DNA of 64,000 bases from Candidatus Cloacimonadales bacterium (GCA_963677495.2 CAXXOU010000004.1:448001-512000), one strand, 5' to 3'. Positions 30,239 to 40,190 are shown, counted from the stretch's first letter. Notes: a model not told the origin generated them from the letters alone. Numbers and translations: made by a program.

Positions 30239-31421
30239 AGAATACTTCGTTGAATCCGGTTTCTTCCAGATTAGTAAAGCAGGACAGAAAGTCCCCGGAG
30301 ACAAGTTTGTCTCATCTAAATCCACTGTTGATAATCGCTTAGTTGCCGTGTTAGCAGATGGGCTTGGTAGTGGTGTAAAAGCTAATGTACTTGCAACGCT
30401 AACGACATCAATGGCTCTGAAGTTCATTGAGAATAGAATGGATGTTCGTAAAGCTGCTGAGATTATTCTCTCGACTTTACCTGTCTGTTCTGTACGTAAA
30501 ATAGGTTACTCTACATTTTCAATCTTTGATTTAGAACCTGATGGAACTGTCAGAATTATAGAATATGACAATCCCTCTTATATATTGATACGAAATAATC
30601 GCATAGTAACACCGGAGAAGGAGACTATTGAGATAAACCTCGTGAACAACCGTCGCAATAAAGTTCACTACTCCTCCTTCAAAATGCAGTATCTTGATAG
30701 AATCGTCTTCTTCTCGGATGGTGTTTCTCAAAGTGGTTTAGGACGCACAGTATCTCCCTTTGGTTGGGAGACTGCAGAACTTGAAGCATTTGTTTTGCAA
30801 CAATGTGTTGAAAACAGTCTCATCTCAGCCCATGGGCTTGCTCGTGAGATAGTTAAAGCTGCACACAGAAGAGACAATAATCAGGCTAAAGATGATATTA
30901 CTTGCTCTGTGTTCTACTATAGAGAACCTCGTAAAACATTACTGATCACAGGTCCTCCATATCACAAAGAAAGCGATAAGAGATACACTGAGATTGCTAA
31001 GACATTTATGGGTACAAAGATTATTGCAGGTGGCACAAGTGCGAATATCATCTCTAGAGAGCTTGATAGGCCGATTAAGATGGATCTTAACAAGTTCTGG
31101 TCAGGTTCTAAGGTTCCTCCCAAGGCATCAATGGAAGGCTTCGATCTGATAACAGAAGGGACTATCACACTTTCAAAAGTCTACTCTATTCTTAAAGAGC
31201 ATGAAAACAGTGAGTATTTCGGAAAGAACTCAGCTTTCGAGTTGGCTAATCTTCTGCTTGAAAGTGATATAATCAGAATTGTGGCCGGTACTAAAATCAA
31301 TGAAGCACATCAGGATCCTAACCTTCCTCAAGAACTGGATATACGACGCAACCTTATCAAGAATATCGCAAAGATACTTCGTACTAAATTCGTAAAAACT
31401 GTTACAGTCGAGTTCTTTTAA
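30231..31421 (+). CDS. SpoIIE/PP2C-type Ser/Thr phosphatase (HfsC-like)
   Basis: LADGLGSGVKAN, LPVCSVRKI.YSTF, SDG, DDIT and TEGTITL. Confidence 0.88.
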   Translation: MTKEYFVESGFFQISKAGQKVPGDKFVSSKSTVDNRLVAVLADGLGSGVKANVLATLTTSMALKFIENRMDVRKAAEIILSTLPVCSVRKIGYSTFSIFDLEPDGTVRIIEYDNPSYILIRNNRIVTPEKETIEINLVNNRRNKVHYSSFKMQYLDRIVFFSDGVSQSGLGRTVSPFGWETAELEAFVLQQCVENSLISAHGLAREIVKAAHRRDNNQAKDDITCSVFYYREPRKTLLITGPPYHKESDKRYTEIAKTFMGTKIIAGGTSANIISRELDRPIKMDLNKFWSGSKVPPKASMEGFDLITEGTITLSKVYSILKEHENSEYFGKNSAFELANLLLESDIIRIVAGTKINEAHQDPNLPQELDIRRNLIKNIAKILRTKFVKTVTVEFF

Positions 31422-31425
31422 GCTT

Positions 31426-32625
31426 CTACTGCTTTACTGTCAGTTCTCCAGCTTTTCCCAAACCAAACTTACACAATACCGGACCAATCAGCATTATCAA
31501 GAATGTAGTAGCGGTCATTACACTAACAACCTGAGTTGCGTACTCATGGAATCCATTTAGCTCTAAGTATTTACCTGCAGCTAAGGAGAGTCCAATCGCA
31601 ACACCGGCTTGCGAAAGTAGTGTGAATCCAAGGTAATTCTTAACATTGCTACTACTATGAGAAACAGTTGCTCCTAACCAAGCACCACCCCATTTGCCAC
31701 CCGTTCTTGCGATAATGTAAAGTACAATGAGTACTAAGTACTGCCAAATCATTGCAAAGTTCAGTCTTGCCCCGATTAGAGCAAAGAAGATCATATATAC
31801 AGGTGGTGACCATTCACCAAGGGCTGCATTAATCTTTCTGGATACAAGTTTGCTTTTGTTCACAAGCACAATTCCGCTGACCATGTTTAGCAAGATAGGG
31901 GAGAGATGGAATAATTCTGCAATACCACAGTTAAGGAATAAGATACCTACTGAAAAGGCTAAAATGAAAGTCTTCGAATAGGTTACTTTACCGACAAGAT
32001 AGGATATAAAGCCAACAACTGAACCAATCACAATTGCAAGGAACACCTCTTTCCCGGCTTCAAAGAAAGCTTCACCAACTGTCAGGCCATGACCTCCAAT
32101 CAGAATTATGGCAACAGGGATTGCAATTGTATATAGCAGAAGTGAATAGATGTCATCTAAGCCCATTACTGCATAAAGGGTTTTAGTGACAATACCTTTA
32201 GCTTTGTATTGTTTAATCACATCGGTAGTACCTGCAGGTGCTGTAGCGGATGCCAGAGCTCCATAGATCAATCCTAATGAGATACTTTTGGTAATTAGTG
32301 CTGTGATTAACCCTACGACTAAAAACGTGATTGTTGCCTCAAAAATGACGATCCAGATTATCGATGAACCTAACTTCTTAAGCTCTCTTATTTGAAGTTC
32401 ACCACCAATACCAAAACCAAGCAGTGATAGTGTGATTGTATTAATGATATCAAAATCCCCAATATTCTCTACTTTTATGATTCCCACAATCGCAGGACCT
32501 AATATAGCACCACAAATGATATAGCCTAAAACAAGTGGAGACTTGATTATAGACACACCTTTAGCCATGACTAATGAGAACAGCAATACTGAGCCTAAAA
32601 ATAAAAACATCAATGAATCTTGCAT
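31426..32625 (-). CDS. Cation:proton antiporter (CPA2/Kef-like)
   Basis: Polytopic hydrophobic protein; ATAPA, LDD, R..GK..G and SQAGVAIGL. Confidence 0.88.
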   Translation of the reverse strand: MQDSLMFLFLGSVLLFSLVMAKGVSIIKSPLVLGYIICGAILGPAIVGIIKVENIGDFDIINTITLSLLGFGIGGELQIRELKKLGSSIIWIVIFEATITFLVVGLITALITKSISLGLIYGALASATAPAGTTDVIKQYKAKGIVTKTLYAVMGLDDIYSLLLYTIAIPVAIILIGGHGLTVGEAFFEAGKEVFLAIVIGSVVGFISYLVGKVTYSKTFILAFSVGILFLNCGIAELFHLSPILLNMVSGIVLVNKSKLVSRKINAALGEWSPPVYMIFFALIGARLNFAMIWQYLVLIVLYIIARTGGKWGGAWLGATVSHSSSNVKNYLGFTLLSQAGVAIGLSLAAGKYLELNGFHEYATQVVSVMTATTFLIMLIGPVLCKFGLGKAGELTVKQ

Positions 32626-32781
32626 CAGAACCTCTTATGAAATCTGAAATTGAGAGAACCAAGATTCCTCAACCGTGTATTTGTCAAATTATTATCTATT
32701 AATTATGGGGTTACGAAGTACACCTCTGCTTCGTTCCCTTCTTTCCAATTTCTACAATTCCGCTCAAGGCGACATATCAGG

Positions 32782-33075
32782 AGCAGTCACCAGTGCGAGT
32801 TTACGAGCTTGGGGAAATGCGGAAAAGATATGTTATCCGGTACGCATTTCCCCTAACTCCCGATGGTCGTAATGGTGACTGCTTTAGAATTACTAACACA
32901 GTGCCTTTTGCAATGATTTAGAAACATTTTATGTCCTTTTTACTATCTTTTACTGCTCTATCCATCAACGCGCTGTGCACGCACTGTGATCCCACTGTGA
33001 AGGCACTGCCAACCCACTGTTTCACTGGGTTCACAGTGCGTGTACAGTGGGATGACTGTATTTTGGTGGATAGTT
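32782..33075. repeat. 11-bp-period hairpin, family B copy 2, with upstream ~100-nt hairpin
   Basis: Homologous to 15627-15817; upstream stems AGCAGTCACCA/TGGTGACTGCT and GGGGAAATGCG/CGCATTTCCCC. Confidence 0.9.
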
Positions 33076-33097
33076 AAGTTAATGAGCAAACCACTCT

Positions 33098-33198
33098 ACC
33101 TTTCGAATGGTCGAAGACCTTCGAAATGGTACTCTTATAACACATGGTTAACAACTTCGAGTTGAACCATTTGCAAGGTCTTCGACCATTCCAAAGGT
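33098..33198. repeat. Inverted-repeat (REPIN/MITE-like) element, copy 2
   Basis: Same arms as 21338-21457 with a different spacer. Confidence 0.88.
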
Positions 33199-33511
33199 AC
33201 GGAGATATCGATTGATACCAAAGAATTAAGGGAGTTTGCCAGAGCTGAATGTTAGTGAAGCGAAAGCGGACTTCCTCGATTCTTTGAAGTGGCTATGGAG
33301 TGCACCGCCTATGTCGGTGCGTCTTGTCACAGACTTAATGTTAGCCATCATTCGCTTGGTGCCGAACTCCTTTCAGTCGCTTGGGCTAGAACTTGGTGTC
33401 TTGAAAAGGTCTTTTTAGGAAGTCCGTTCTCCCGTTGGTCGTGACAAACTCCCTAAAAAGGGGTGGAAGTCAGCTTTGGTATCCCCGCCGGCAAATTCTC
33501 TACAAAAAAGG

Positions 33512-33539
33512 AAAGGTTGCAGATTTCTCTGCAACCTTT
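33512..33539 (-). terminator. Terminator of the hcp operon
   Basis: AAAGGTTGCAGA...TCTGCAACCTTT with an A-run on the left (U-tract on the minus strand). Confidence 0.8.
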
Positions 33540-33563
33540 GGAGTCCTCTATATAACGATTAAG

Positions 33564-35222
33564 TTATCCAATCATCTTCTTAATATCTTCTTCAACAGTT
33601 GAGATACCACCAATATTGAAGTTCTCAACGAGAACATTCACAACATTTGGTGATAAGAACGCAGGGATTGTTGGTCCAAGGTGGATATTCTTCACACCAA
33701 GATAAAGAAGAGCGAGAAGCACGATTACAGCTTTCTGCTCGTACCAGGCGATGTTATAAGCGATAGGAAGATCATTAACAGATTCAAGTCCGAATACTTC
33801 CTGAAGCTTAAGAGCAATAAGTACTAGTGAGTAGCTGTCATTACACTGACCTGCATCAAGTACGCGTGGGATTCCACCGATATCACCAAGGTTCAGCTTA
33901 TTGTAGCGGAACTTAGCACAACCGGCTGTTAGGATAACTGTATCTTTTGGAAGAGCTTCAGCGAAATCTGTATAGTAGCTTCTACCTTTCTGACGGCCAT
34001 CACAACCAGCCATCACGACAAACTTCTTGATTGCACCTGATTTAACTGCATCTACTACCTTGTCAGCAAGAGCAAATACCTGCTCATGAGCAAATCCTCC
34101 AACAATGCTTCCAGTTTCAATTTCAGTTGGGGAAGGTAGTGTTTTAGCTAATGCAATAACTTCAGAGAAGTCTTTTGCTTCACCTTTCTTAGGTTCTGCA
34201 ATATGCTTAACACCATCGAAACCAACTGTGTTAGTTGTGAAAACTCTTTCTTTGTAAGAATCTTTTGGTGGAACAAGGCAGTTTGTTGTAAGAAGTACAG
34301 CGCCGTTAAAAGAATCAAATTCTTTATCCTGTAACCACCAGGCATTACCATAGTTACCTACAAAGTTATCATACTTTTTAAAAGCAGGATAGTAGTTAGC
34401 AGGAAGCATTTCACCATGTGTATAAACATCAACACCGGTGCCTTTTGTCTGCTCTAAGAGCTCTTCCATATCTTTAAGGTCATGACCAGAGATAAGGATC
34501 GCAGGATTATTGCGAACACCAATATTAACTTCTGTGAGTTCAGGATGTCCGTAAGCAGATGTATTAGCATTGTCTAAGAGAGCCATAGCATCTACACCGA
34601 ATTTACCACATTCAAGTACGAGGGGTACAAGTTCACCAACACCGAGAGTATCATCCAATGTTGCAAGGAAAGCTTTTTCCATGAACATAACGAGTTCTTT
34701 ATTTGTTTTTCCAAGGTGGAAAGCATGATCAGCATAGGCTGCAATACCTTTTACACCATAGATAAGGAGTTCCCTCAAAGAGCGAATATCTTCGTTTTCA
34801 GTAGTAAGAACACCAACTCTTGCGGCTTTCGCATCAATGTTTTCTTCTGTAACTGTGAAGTTAGCAGCATCATGGTCAGCAAATTTAGCTGTCATTCCCA
34901 TCTCAGCAACTTTCTGCTTACCCATCTCACGAAGTTCGATTGCTTTCATTATCTGGTTGATAAAGTACTTTCTGTCAAAATTAGCATTTGTAATAGTTGA
35001 GAACAAGCTTTCCATGAAGAACTTATCAATCTCTCCACACTGTTCAGCATACTGATTTCTTACTTCTAAAGTTGCTCCACTACGGAAGATAGCGATCCCC
35101 TTAAGTGCATAGATTAATAAATCCTGTAAGTTAGCTACATCAGCTTTCTTACCACATACTCCGTTAAATGTACATCCTTTGTTACCTGCGGTTTCCTGAC
35201 ATTGAAAACAAAACATACTCAT
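33564..35222 (-). CDS. hcp: Hybrid cluster protein (hydroxylamine/NO reductase)
   Basis: MFCFQCQE...[32 protein letters not shown] and WYEQKA. Confidence 0.96.
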   Translation of the reverse strand: MSMFCFQCQETAGNKGCTFNGVCGKKADVANLQDLLIYALKGIAIFRSGATLEVRNQYAEQCGEIDKFFMESLFSTITNANFDRKYFINQIMKAIELREMGKQKVAEMGMTAKFADHDAANFTVTEENIDAKAARVGVLTTENEDIRSLRELLIYGVKGIAAYADHAFHLGKTNKELVMFMEKAFLATLDDTLGVGELVPLVLECGKFGVDAMALLDNANTSAYGHPELTEVNIGVRNNPAILISGHDLKDMEELLEQTKGTGVDVYTHGEMLPANYYPAFKKYDNFVGNYGNAWWLQDKEFDSFNGAVLLTTNCLVPPKDSYKERVFTTNTVGFDGVKHIAEPKKGEAKDFSEVIALAKTLPSPTEIETGSIVGGFAHEQVFALADKVVDAVKSGAIKKFVVMAGCDGRQKGRSYYTDFAEALPKDTVILTAGCAKFRYNKLNLGDIGGIPRVLDAGQCNDSYSLVLIALKLQEVFGLESVNDLPIAYNIAWYEQKAVIVLLALLYLGVKNIHLGPTIPAFLSPNVVNVLVENFNIGGISTVEEDIKKMIG

Positions 35223-35258
35223 TGTAATACTCCTTCTTTTTGTGTTTTTAGTTTATTT

Positions 35259-35498
35259 TTAGTAATTTATTCCTGCCGGTTTTACATTGTTTGGATCGAA
35301 TGCGTGACATGGAGTAACTCCATATACCATTCCACAATTCGGACACTTATCTTCAAAATTCTGCATTTCGAATGTAGTTCCACATTCACAGCTAATCTCC
35401 ATTGGTACCGGCATTGGCTGTTCTGCAAATCCCATCATTCTCACTTTATCCACTACTTGCTTGCCATTTTCAAAGCTTCCACTGCATCCTTCGTGCAT
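35259..35498 (-). CDS. Small Cys/His-rich (zinc-ribbon-like) protein
   Basis: MHEGC...CECG...CPNCGMVYGVTPCH; AAGGAG SD. Confidence 0.8.
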   Translation of the reverse strand: MHEGCSGSFENGKQVVDKVRMMGFAEQPMPVPMEISCECGTTFEMQNFEDKCPNCGMVYGVTPCHAFDPNNVKPAGINY

Positions 35499-35507
35499 GA
35501 TATCTCC

Positions 35508-36524
35508 TTATCTTATCTTTTCTATGATTTCACCGTTTCTAAGTTTTGAACGATATGCGAGTAGGGTTCTATCCATCTCTTCAAGTGTAGAGAGAATCTC
35601 TCGCTCTTTATCAGTTGTTTCTATAACTTTATGGATTCCACCATTCTTGATTACGACTCTCTTATCTCCCATGAGGGCTAAGATTGGGTCATGAGTTGCC
35701 ATGAGAACTATCTTATCTTCTGAAAGAAGTAGTTTTAAGGCTTCCTTCCTATCGATTCCGGCATTCTCAATCTCATCTATGAGGATAATTGGTGATTTAC
35801 TTAAAATAGCAGTGTCTGCAATCATCAGAGCACGTGATTGCCCTCCCGATAAACTGGTTATGGGTGTGTTAGGTGAGAACTGCTCACCAGCCAGGTCATT
35901 TGCTTTATCTATAATCTTTTGAATCACAATCTCTTTGTTCTCTACAAGTCTGCTCTCAGCATGTAGCTCTACAAACTCATACACAGAGAGATCCATTACG
36001 AAATTCATATTCTGGGAGAGTTGTGCTACAAGCTTATCAGAAGATGAGAAACGCCATTTGCTATCAGGAACATCATTGTTGATGAGAACAGTTCTGGAAG
36101 TTGGTGTATCGTTCTGAGCTACCCATTCTATATCTCCGAGTAGTCGACTTTTACCTGATCCTGTTGGACCGACAATGCAGATTATCTCTCCCTGATGTAT
36201 TTCAAGATTCTCAAACTGCTCTGTATTCCCCGATTTATCAGTTCCCGGTTTGATTGTAACTGACTTTACTATCTCTTCATCCTGCCCTAAGAAGGCATTC
36301 ATCTGGTTTATGAACTCAGCAGTCTGAATATAGAGTTGTTCAATATCCATTGCATTATCTTCAATCGCTTCCTCATCAAACTCAGCAAAGAACTGCTCTA
36401 ATGTGAGATCCTCTTTGCCTGCAACAGCAAGGTTGTTATCTGCAAAGTATGCTGAAAGGTATGGATAGGATTCTAATAACTCAGAGATCTTATTTGTCCG
36501 TATAGTTTTGCTATTATAGTTCAT
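35508..36524 (-). CDS. ABC-type ATPase with DUF1858-like N-terminus
   Basis: GPTGSGKS, LSGGQ, IDEIE and ATHD. Confidence 0.88.
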   Translation of the reverse strand: MNYNSKTIRTNKISELLESYPYLSAYFADNNLAVAGKEDLTLEQFFAEFDEEAIEDNAMDIEQLYIQTAEFINQMNAFLGQDEEIVKSVTIKPGTDKSGNTEQFENLEIHQGEIICIVGPTGSGKSRLLGDIEWVAQNDTPTSRTVLINNDVPDSKWRFSSSDKLVAQLSQNMNFVMDLSVYEFVELHAESRLVENKEIVIQKIIDKANDLAGEQFSPNTPITSLSGGQSRALMIADTAILSKSPIILIDEIENAGIDRKEALKLLLSEDKIVLMATHDPILALMGDKRVVIKNGGIHKVIETTDKEREILSTLEEMDRTLLAYRSKLRNGEIIEKIR

Positions 36525-36533
36525 CTTTACCTC

Positions 36534-37229
36534 TTAGTCTTCCAGATTCATCTTTCTAACATTACCCATCTGGTAGCTTTCACCAATACGGGTTTCACCA
36601 AGACAGTAGGAGCAAAGAGCTGAAGGCATTGGGAACCTTAATTCTTTACCAACAAGAGTTTCGATATCCTCAGCTTCATCATAGAGTAGGGTTGAGAGCT
36701 CAAAGCTACCTTGACCTGTCAGACCATTGATATGCATAATTGTTGCTGAAGGATTTACTGTATTCACTCGAGAAGCAAACACTTCTCGTTCTGCTTGCGA
36801 CACTATGTCACCTTTAGTGATTACAACAATATCAGCTGATTTAAGCATTGGTCCTATCTTCTTGGGAGTGTTGATTCCACTAAGATTATCAATAACGCAG
36901 ATAGCTTTAATGCCTTTTACATATGGAGAACAACGATTACACAGTCCGGCTGATTCACTAATAAGTATGTCGTAACCGTTCTCTACTCCCCATTTAGTCA
37001 CTTCCTCGATGTTACTAATGAAGTAATGATCAGGGCAAAGTGCACCGGAAAGACCTTTCTTTACCGGTATCCCGGCTTTTCTGTAAAGCTCATCATCATC
37101 TGTATAAAGACAATCGAACTTAGCTACAGCAACCTTCAAACCTTTCTTGTTAAGAGACTCTATTGTCTTCAGGATAACTGAAGTTTTACCGGATGAGGGG
37201 GGACCTGATATTGTAATCAAATTCATCAT
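36534..37229 (-). CDS. HypB/UreG-like G3E GTPase
   Basis: GPPSSGKT, LCPDH, ESAGLCNRC, TKGD and C-terminal CSYC. Confidence 0.88.
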   Translation of the reverse strand: MMNLITISGPPSSGKTSVILKTIESLNKKGLKVAVAKFDCLYTDDDELYRKAGIPVKKGLSGALCPDHYFISNIEEVTKWGVENGYDILISESAGLCNRCSPYVKGIKAICVIDNLSGINTPKKIGPMLKSADIVVITKGDIVSQAEREVFASRVNTVNPSATIMHINGLTGQGSFELSTLLYDEAEDIETLVGKELRFPMPSALCSYCLGETRIGESYQMGNVRKMNLED

Positions 37230-38462
37230 CTACTCCTTAATCAGAGATTCTTCAAACAGTTGTTCACAATGCTTTATCAAAGCAGAGATGTCATTGTTAT
37301 AAATGTAATCCCAACCGAGCCACATGAAGGTGTTCTCTTTAGGAATGTGATTATCGATGTCAGGATGAACACTTGGGAAGAGGCCACTATGGGCTAAGAT
37401 CTCTCCAACTTTCTTTGATGCAAAGAAGTCTACAACAGGTTGTAACTGCTGAATTCTTTCGCTCTTAGCAAGCATAAAGATAGGACTGATTATCGCTCCA
37501 TCTTCAGGCCAAACAGCTGCCATTGGACCGTTATCCTTAACCATCTTGGTGAAGAAATAGGGCATGATTGTTACGATCGGGCGATTCTCTTTCTTTCTAT
37601 CACTCTTAACCATTTGGGAGGGGTGTAATGACTCAAGCAAACTACGACCTAACTTCTTAACCCCTTCATCACCATAATGCTTCTGGATGTTAAGAAGGAT
37701 TCCATTGAAAAGGTCGAAGTCGCCAACAGGAAGAGATACCCTTTTCTCAAACTCAGGTTTAAGGATATCGGACCAGGTTCTAGGCATTGTGCGATCACCA
37801 AGCTCCTTCTTGTTTATAAGAAAGACAGCCGGTACTACACTTATCATTCCATAATGACGTTTAGGGTCCCGTAAATTGATACCATCAAACAGGCTGTTAA
37901 ATGATGGGAAATCTGTTGTATCCATGAAAGTATTTTGACGTTTGAATTTGCCAATCATCTCTTCATCAAAGAACATATCGAAACCGGCAGAGATGAACAG
38001 GTCTGGAAGTTGCTTGGCATCTGTGACACCAACAATATTCTTCTCAACCCATTCCAGACCGGTAGATGCGGCTTTGAGTTCATGATTCACTGTCACATCA
38101 TGTGTCTCTTTGTAGTTTGCTATGAACTTGTTAAATCCCTCTAAAAGCGGTATTCTTACAGGGCAGGGCAATAGTCCAACAATGTTCAACGCCTCTTCAT
38201 CACTGCTCCTCTTGTTGTCGGCGAGAGTGGCATCTATGTTATTCATTCCGGACTCAATAGCTTCAGTCAGCAGACTCATGAAAGTTTCTAAGTCTATCTG
38301 TTTTAGCATTAAAGCCATCTTTAGGGATATTGATCCGGCAAACTTAACCCTCTTCTCAACATCTTCCATCTGGGTAAAACCATTCGATGTGAATACAGGC
38401 ACTGTCTCCGGATATTTCTCTACTATCTCAAGTAGCGTATCATTTTCATCTATATATTTCAC
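37230..38462 (-). CDS. DUF1858 domain fused to an ABC substrate-binding fold, no signal peptide
   Basis: N-terminal EIVEKYPETVPVF..NGF; LLPCPV; P.TW.DIL; VWPEDGAI.SP. Confidence 0.82.
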   Translation of the reverse strand: MKYIDENDTLLEIVEKYPETVPVFTSNGFTQMEDVEKRVKFAGSISLKMALMLKQIDLETFMSLLTEAIESGMNNIDATLADNKRSSDEEALNIVGLLPCPVRIPLLEGFNKFIANYKETHDVTVNHELKAASTGLEWVEKNIVGVTDAKQLPDLFISAGFDMFFDEEMIGKFKRQNTFMDTTDFPSFNSLFDGINLRDPKRHYGMISVVPAVFLINKKELGDRTMPRTWSDILKPEFEKRVSLPVGDFDLFNGILLNIQKHYGDEGVKKLGRSLLESLHPSQMVKSDRKKENRPIVTIMPYFFTKMVKDNGPMAAVWPEDGAIISPIFMLAKSERIQQLQPVVDFFASKKVGEILAHSGLFPSVHPDIDNHIPKENTFMWLGWDYIYNNDISALIKHCEQLFEESLIKE

Positions 38463-38474
38463 TTCTTTTCCTCT

Positions 38475-38822
38475 TTATTCCTCTCCGGGGAACACAGTCT
38501 TAGTGACGGGCTTTGGGAGCTTCATCACAAGAACTCTAATATCACTGTCAGTTTCGTTGTAGATGCAGTGGATTATATTCTTAGGGCTCTCAATTATATC
38601 ATCTTTAGAAACTTGGACTTTCTCTTCACCTACGAGTATAGTCGGGCTACCTTCAAGAACATAAAACGCAACATCAACAGGTGTGATATGTGGTTTCAAA
38701 GCTTCACCTGCTTTAAGGAATAGGTGCATAATTAATGCATTTTCAGTATCATACAATTTTGTAGACTTAACTCCGTGAGGATTCTTCGCATCATTCAATT
38801 TCTTGTAGTTCTTAATCTCCAT
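38475..38822 (-). CDS. Cupin domain protein
   Basis: LKPH.TP....YVLEG and P....H. Confidence 0.85.
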   Translation of the reverse strand: MEIKNYKKLNDAKNPHGVKSTKLYDTENALIMHLFLKAGEALKPHITPVDVAFYVLEGSPTILVGEEKVQVSKDDIIESPKNIIHCIYNETDSDIRVLVMKLPKPVTKTVFPGEE

Positions 38823-38832
38823 TATTACTCCT

Positions 38833-38852
38833 TTAGGTACTGTAATACCTAA
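38833..38852. promoter_or_regulatory. Putative Rrf2 operator
   Basis: TTAGGTA-N6-TACCTAA palindrome touching the cupin SD. Confidence 0.65.
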
Positions 38853-38867
38853 TTAACTGTAAAAAAA

Positions 38868-39269
38868 TTATTGAAAGTCAGATAACTTTATGTTCTTGAA
38901 CTCATCATAGAGTTCTTGAGTTATCTTATTTATCTTTGCGGTAAAGATACATGAACTGAAAGTACAAACAGTACGACCTAACGGGCAAGCACCAACGTTC
39001 ACTTTACCTTCTATCACTTCATATATTTCAAGAAAAGATATCTGATCCGCTGGTCTGCTAAGTGTGAAACCACCGGCAGGACCACGAGATGATTCAACGA
39101 TATCTGCTTTACTAAGTTTTTGAAAGACCTTTGCAAGATGAGCTGGAGATGCCTCGAGCTTTTCTGCAAGGACTTTCACATTCATACGGTTCGGATGATT
39201 CTTCACAATCAATGCTAAGCCGTGCAATGCAATCGAAGTTGCTTCTGACAAGTTAATCATATTCGACAT
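38868..39269 (-). CDS. Rrf2-family transcriptional regulator with three Cys
   Basis: HL.KVFQKL, S.RGPAGGF.L and C-x6-C-x4-C. Confidence 0.92.
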   Translation of the reverse strand: MSNMINLSEATSIALHGLALIVKNHPNRMNVKVLAEKLEASPAHLAKVFQKLSKADIVESSRGPAGGFTLSRPADQISFLEIYEVIEGKVNVGACPLGRTVCTFSSCIFTAKINKITQELYDEFKNIKLSDFQ

Positions 39270-39289
39270 CTGAGCTCCTTATTATTTAT

Positions 39290-39326
39290 TCTGTTACTAC
39301 AATACCTAATTAGCCTTTTGCGTCAA
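39290..39326 (-). promoter_or_regulatory. rrf2 promoter with overlapping operator copy
   Basis: TTGACG-16-TATTGT on the minus strand; 39290-39309 matches the 38833 palindrome at 15/20 positions. Confidence 0.6.
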
Positions 39327-39489
39327 TATCTTTTTTCATTTAAAGCTCTTTATAATCTGTGGGGGAAGAGAGAGAAGCTGATAAAAACAGGTGTTTAGCT
39401 CTTAAAAATATATTTACATTTCTTATGCCATATTAGTTTTATATATCGGATTTATACGCTCTTGCTTGCAGATTTATTCGCAATCAATT

Positions 39490-39570
39490 CCTACTGGACT
39501 CTTACTAGACCCTTGCTACTCTCTTACTACTCACTTACTCAAAGCACTAAGTTAGTCACAAGTTGTGGAT
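39490..39570. repeat. 11-bp-period array, family E (unit ~CTTACTA)
   Basis: CCTACTGGACT/CTTACTAGACC/CTTGCTACTCT/CTTACTACTCA/CTTACTCAAAG followed by a degenerate inverted arm. Confidence 0.72.
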
Positions 39571-39647
39571 AACTATATGTTCTTTGTCATATATTTATTG
39601 AATGGGAGCGTGTAACTCGATCACCCCTGATCGAAGCATAAACATAT

Positions 39648-39842
39648 TCGACCCACGTTGTGGTCGTCTGTTATTAGACATCTCCTAACCATGCATTTCA
39701 TACAGTACATGGCTACCCACATTTTATCCCTTTGGGATAATTCCAGCCAATTTATAATCCTGAAGGGATTACATAATAATAGCCATAGGTTTCAACCTAT
39801 GGAAATAGCCCCCCAACATTAACCGACCCTACATGGGTCGCG
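39648..39842. repeat. Inverted pair of composite REP-like units
   Basis: ATCC.GAAGGGAT...AGCCATAGGTTTCAACCTATGG...CGACCCTACATGGGTCG, plus a diverged inverted copy at 39648-39738; a third copy is at 43141-43229. Confidence 0.78.
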
Positions 39843-40030
39843 CATAGCTACCTGAAATGACGAAATATGAGTGTCCCCAAATGCAATTCGGGGTTATGAA
39901 AAAGAGATAGACTTAACCCCAAAGAGTAACACAATTAAAACAATAATCCTGTTTCCTTGCATGAATTATGATATTAATCTCAATATGAGATTGTGCAAAC
40001 TGTTAGAATATCATTGGACTTTGGTACTTC

Positions 40031-40188
40031 ACTCCCTTTTATCTCAGCAGTAATTAGTGCTTTCAACAAAACTCTAACTTATTAACAAATTGTTTACTTC
40101 TTGGTAATTAACCCAAGGATTACCCAAGTGTTTCTCAAGGGTTACCCAAGAGTCTCTCAAGGATTACTGCTGTGAGATGAGGGGGAGT
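40031..40188. repeat. 11-bp-period hairpin, family F (unit ~ACCCAAGGATT)
   Basis: Five C(C/T)CAAG units at 40111-40165; closing stem ACTCCCTTTTATCTCAGCAGTAAT / ATTACTGCTGTGAGATGAGGGGGAGT. Confidence 0.8.
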
Positions 40189-40190
40189 TG

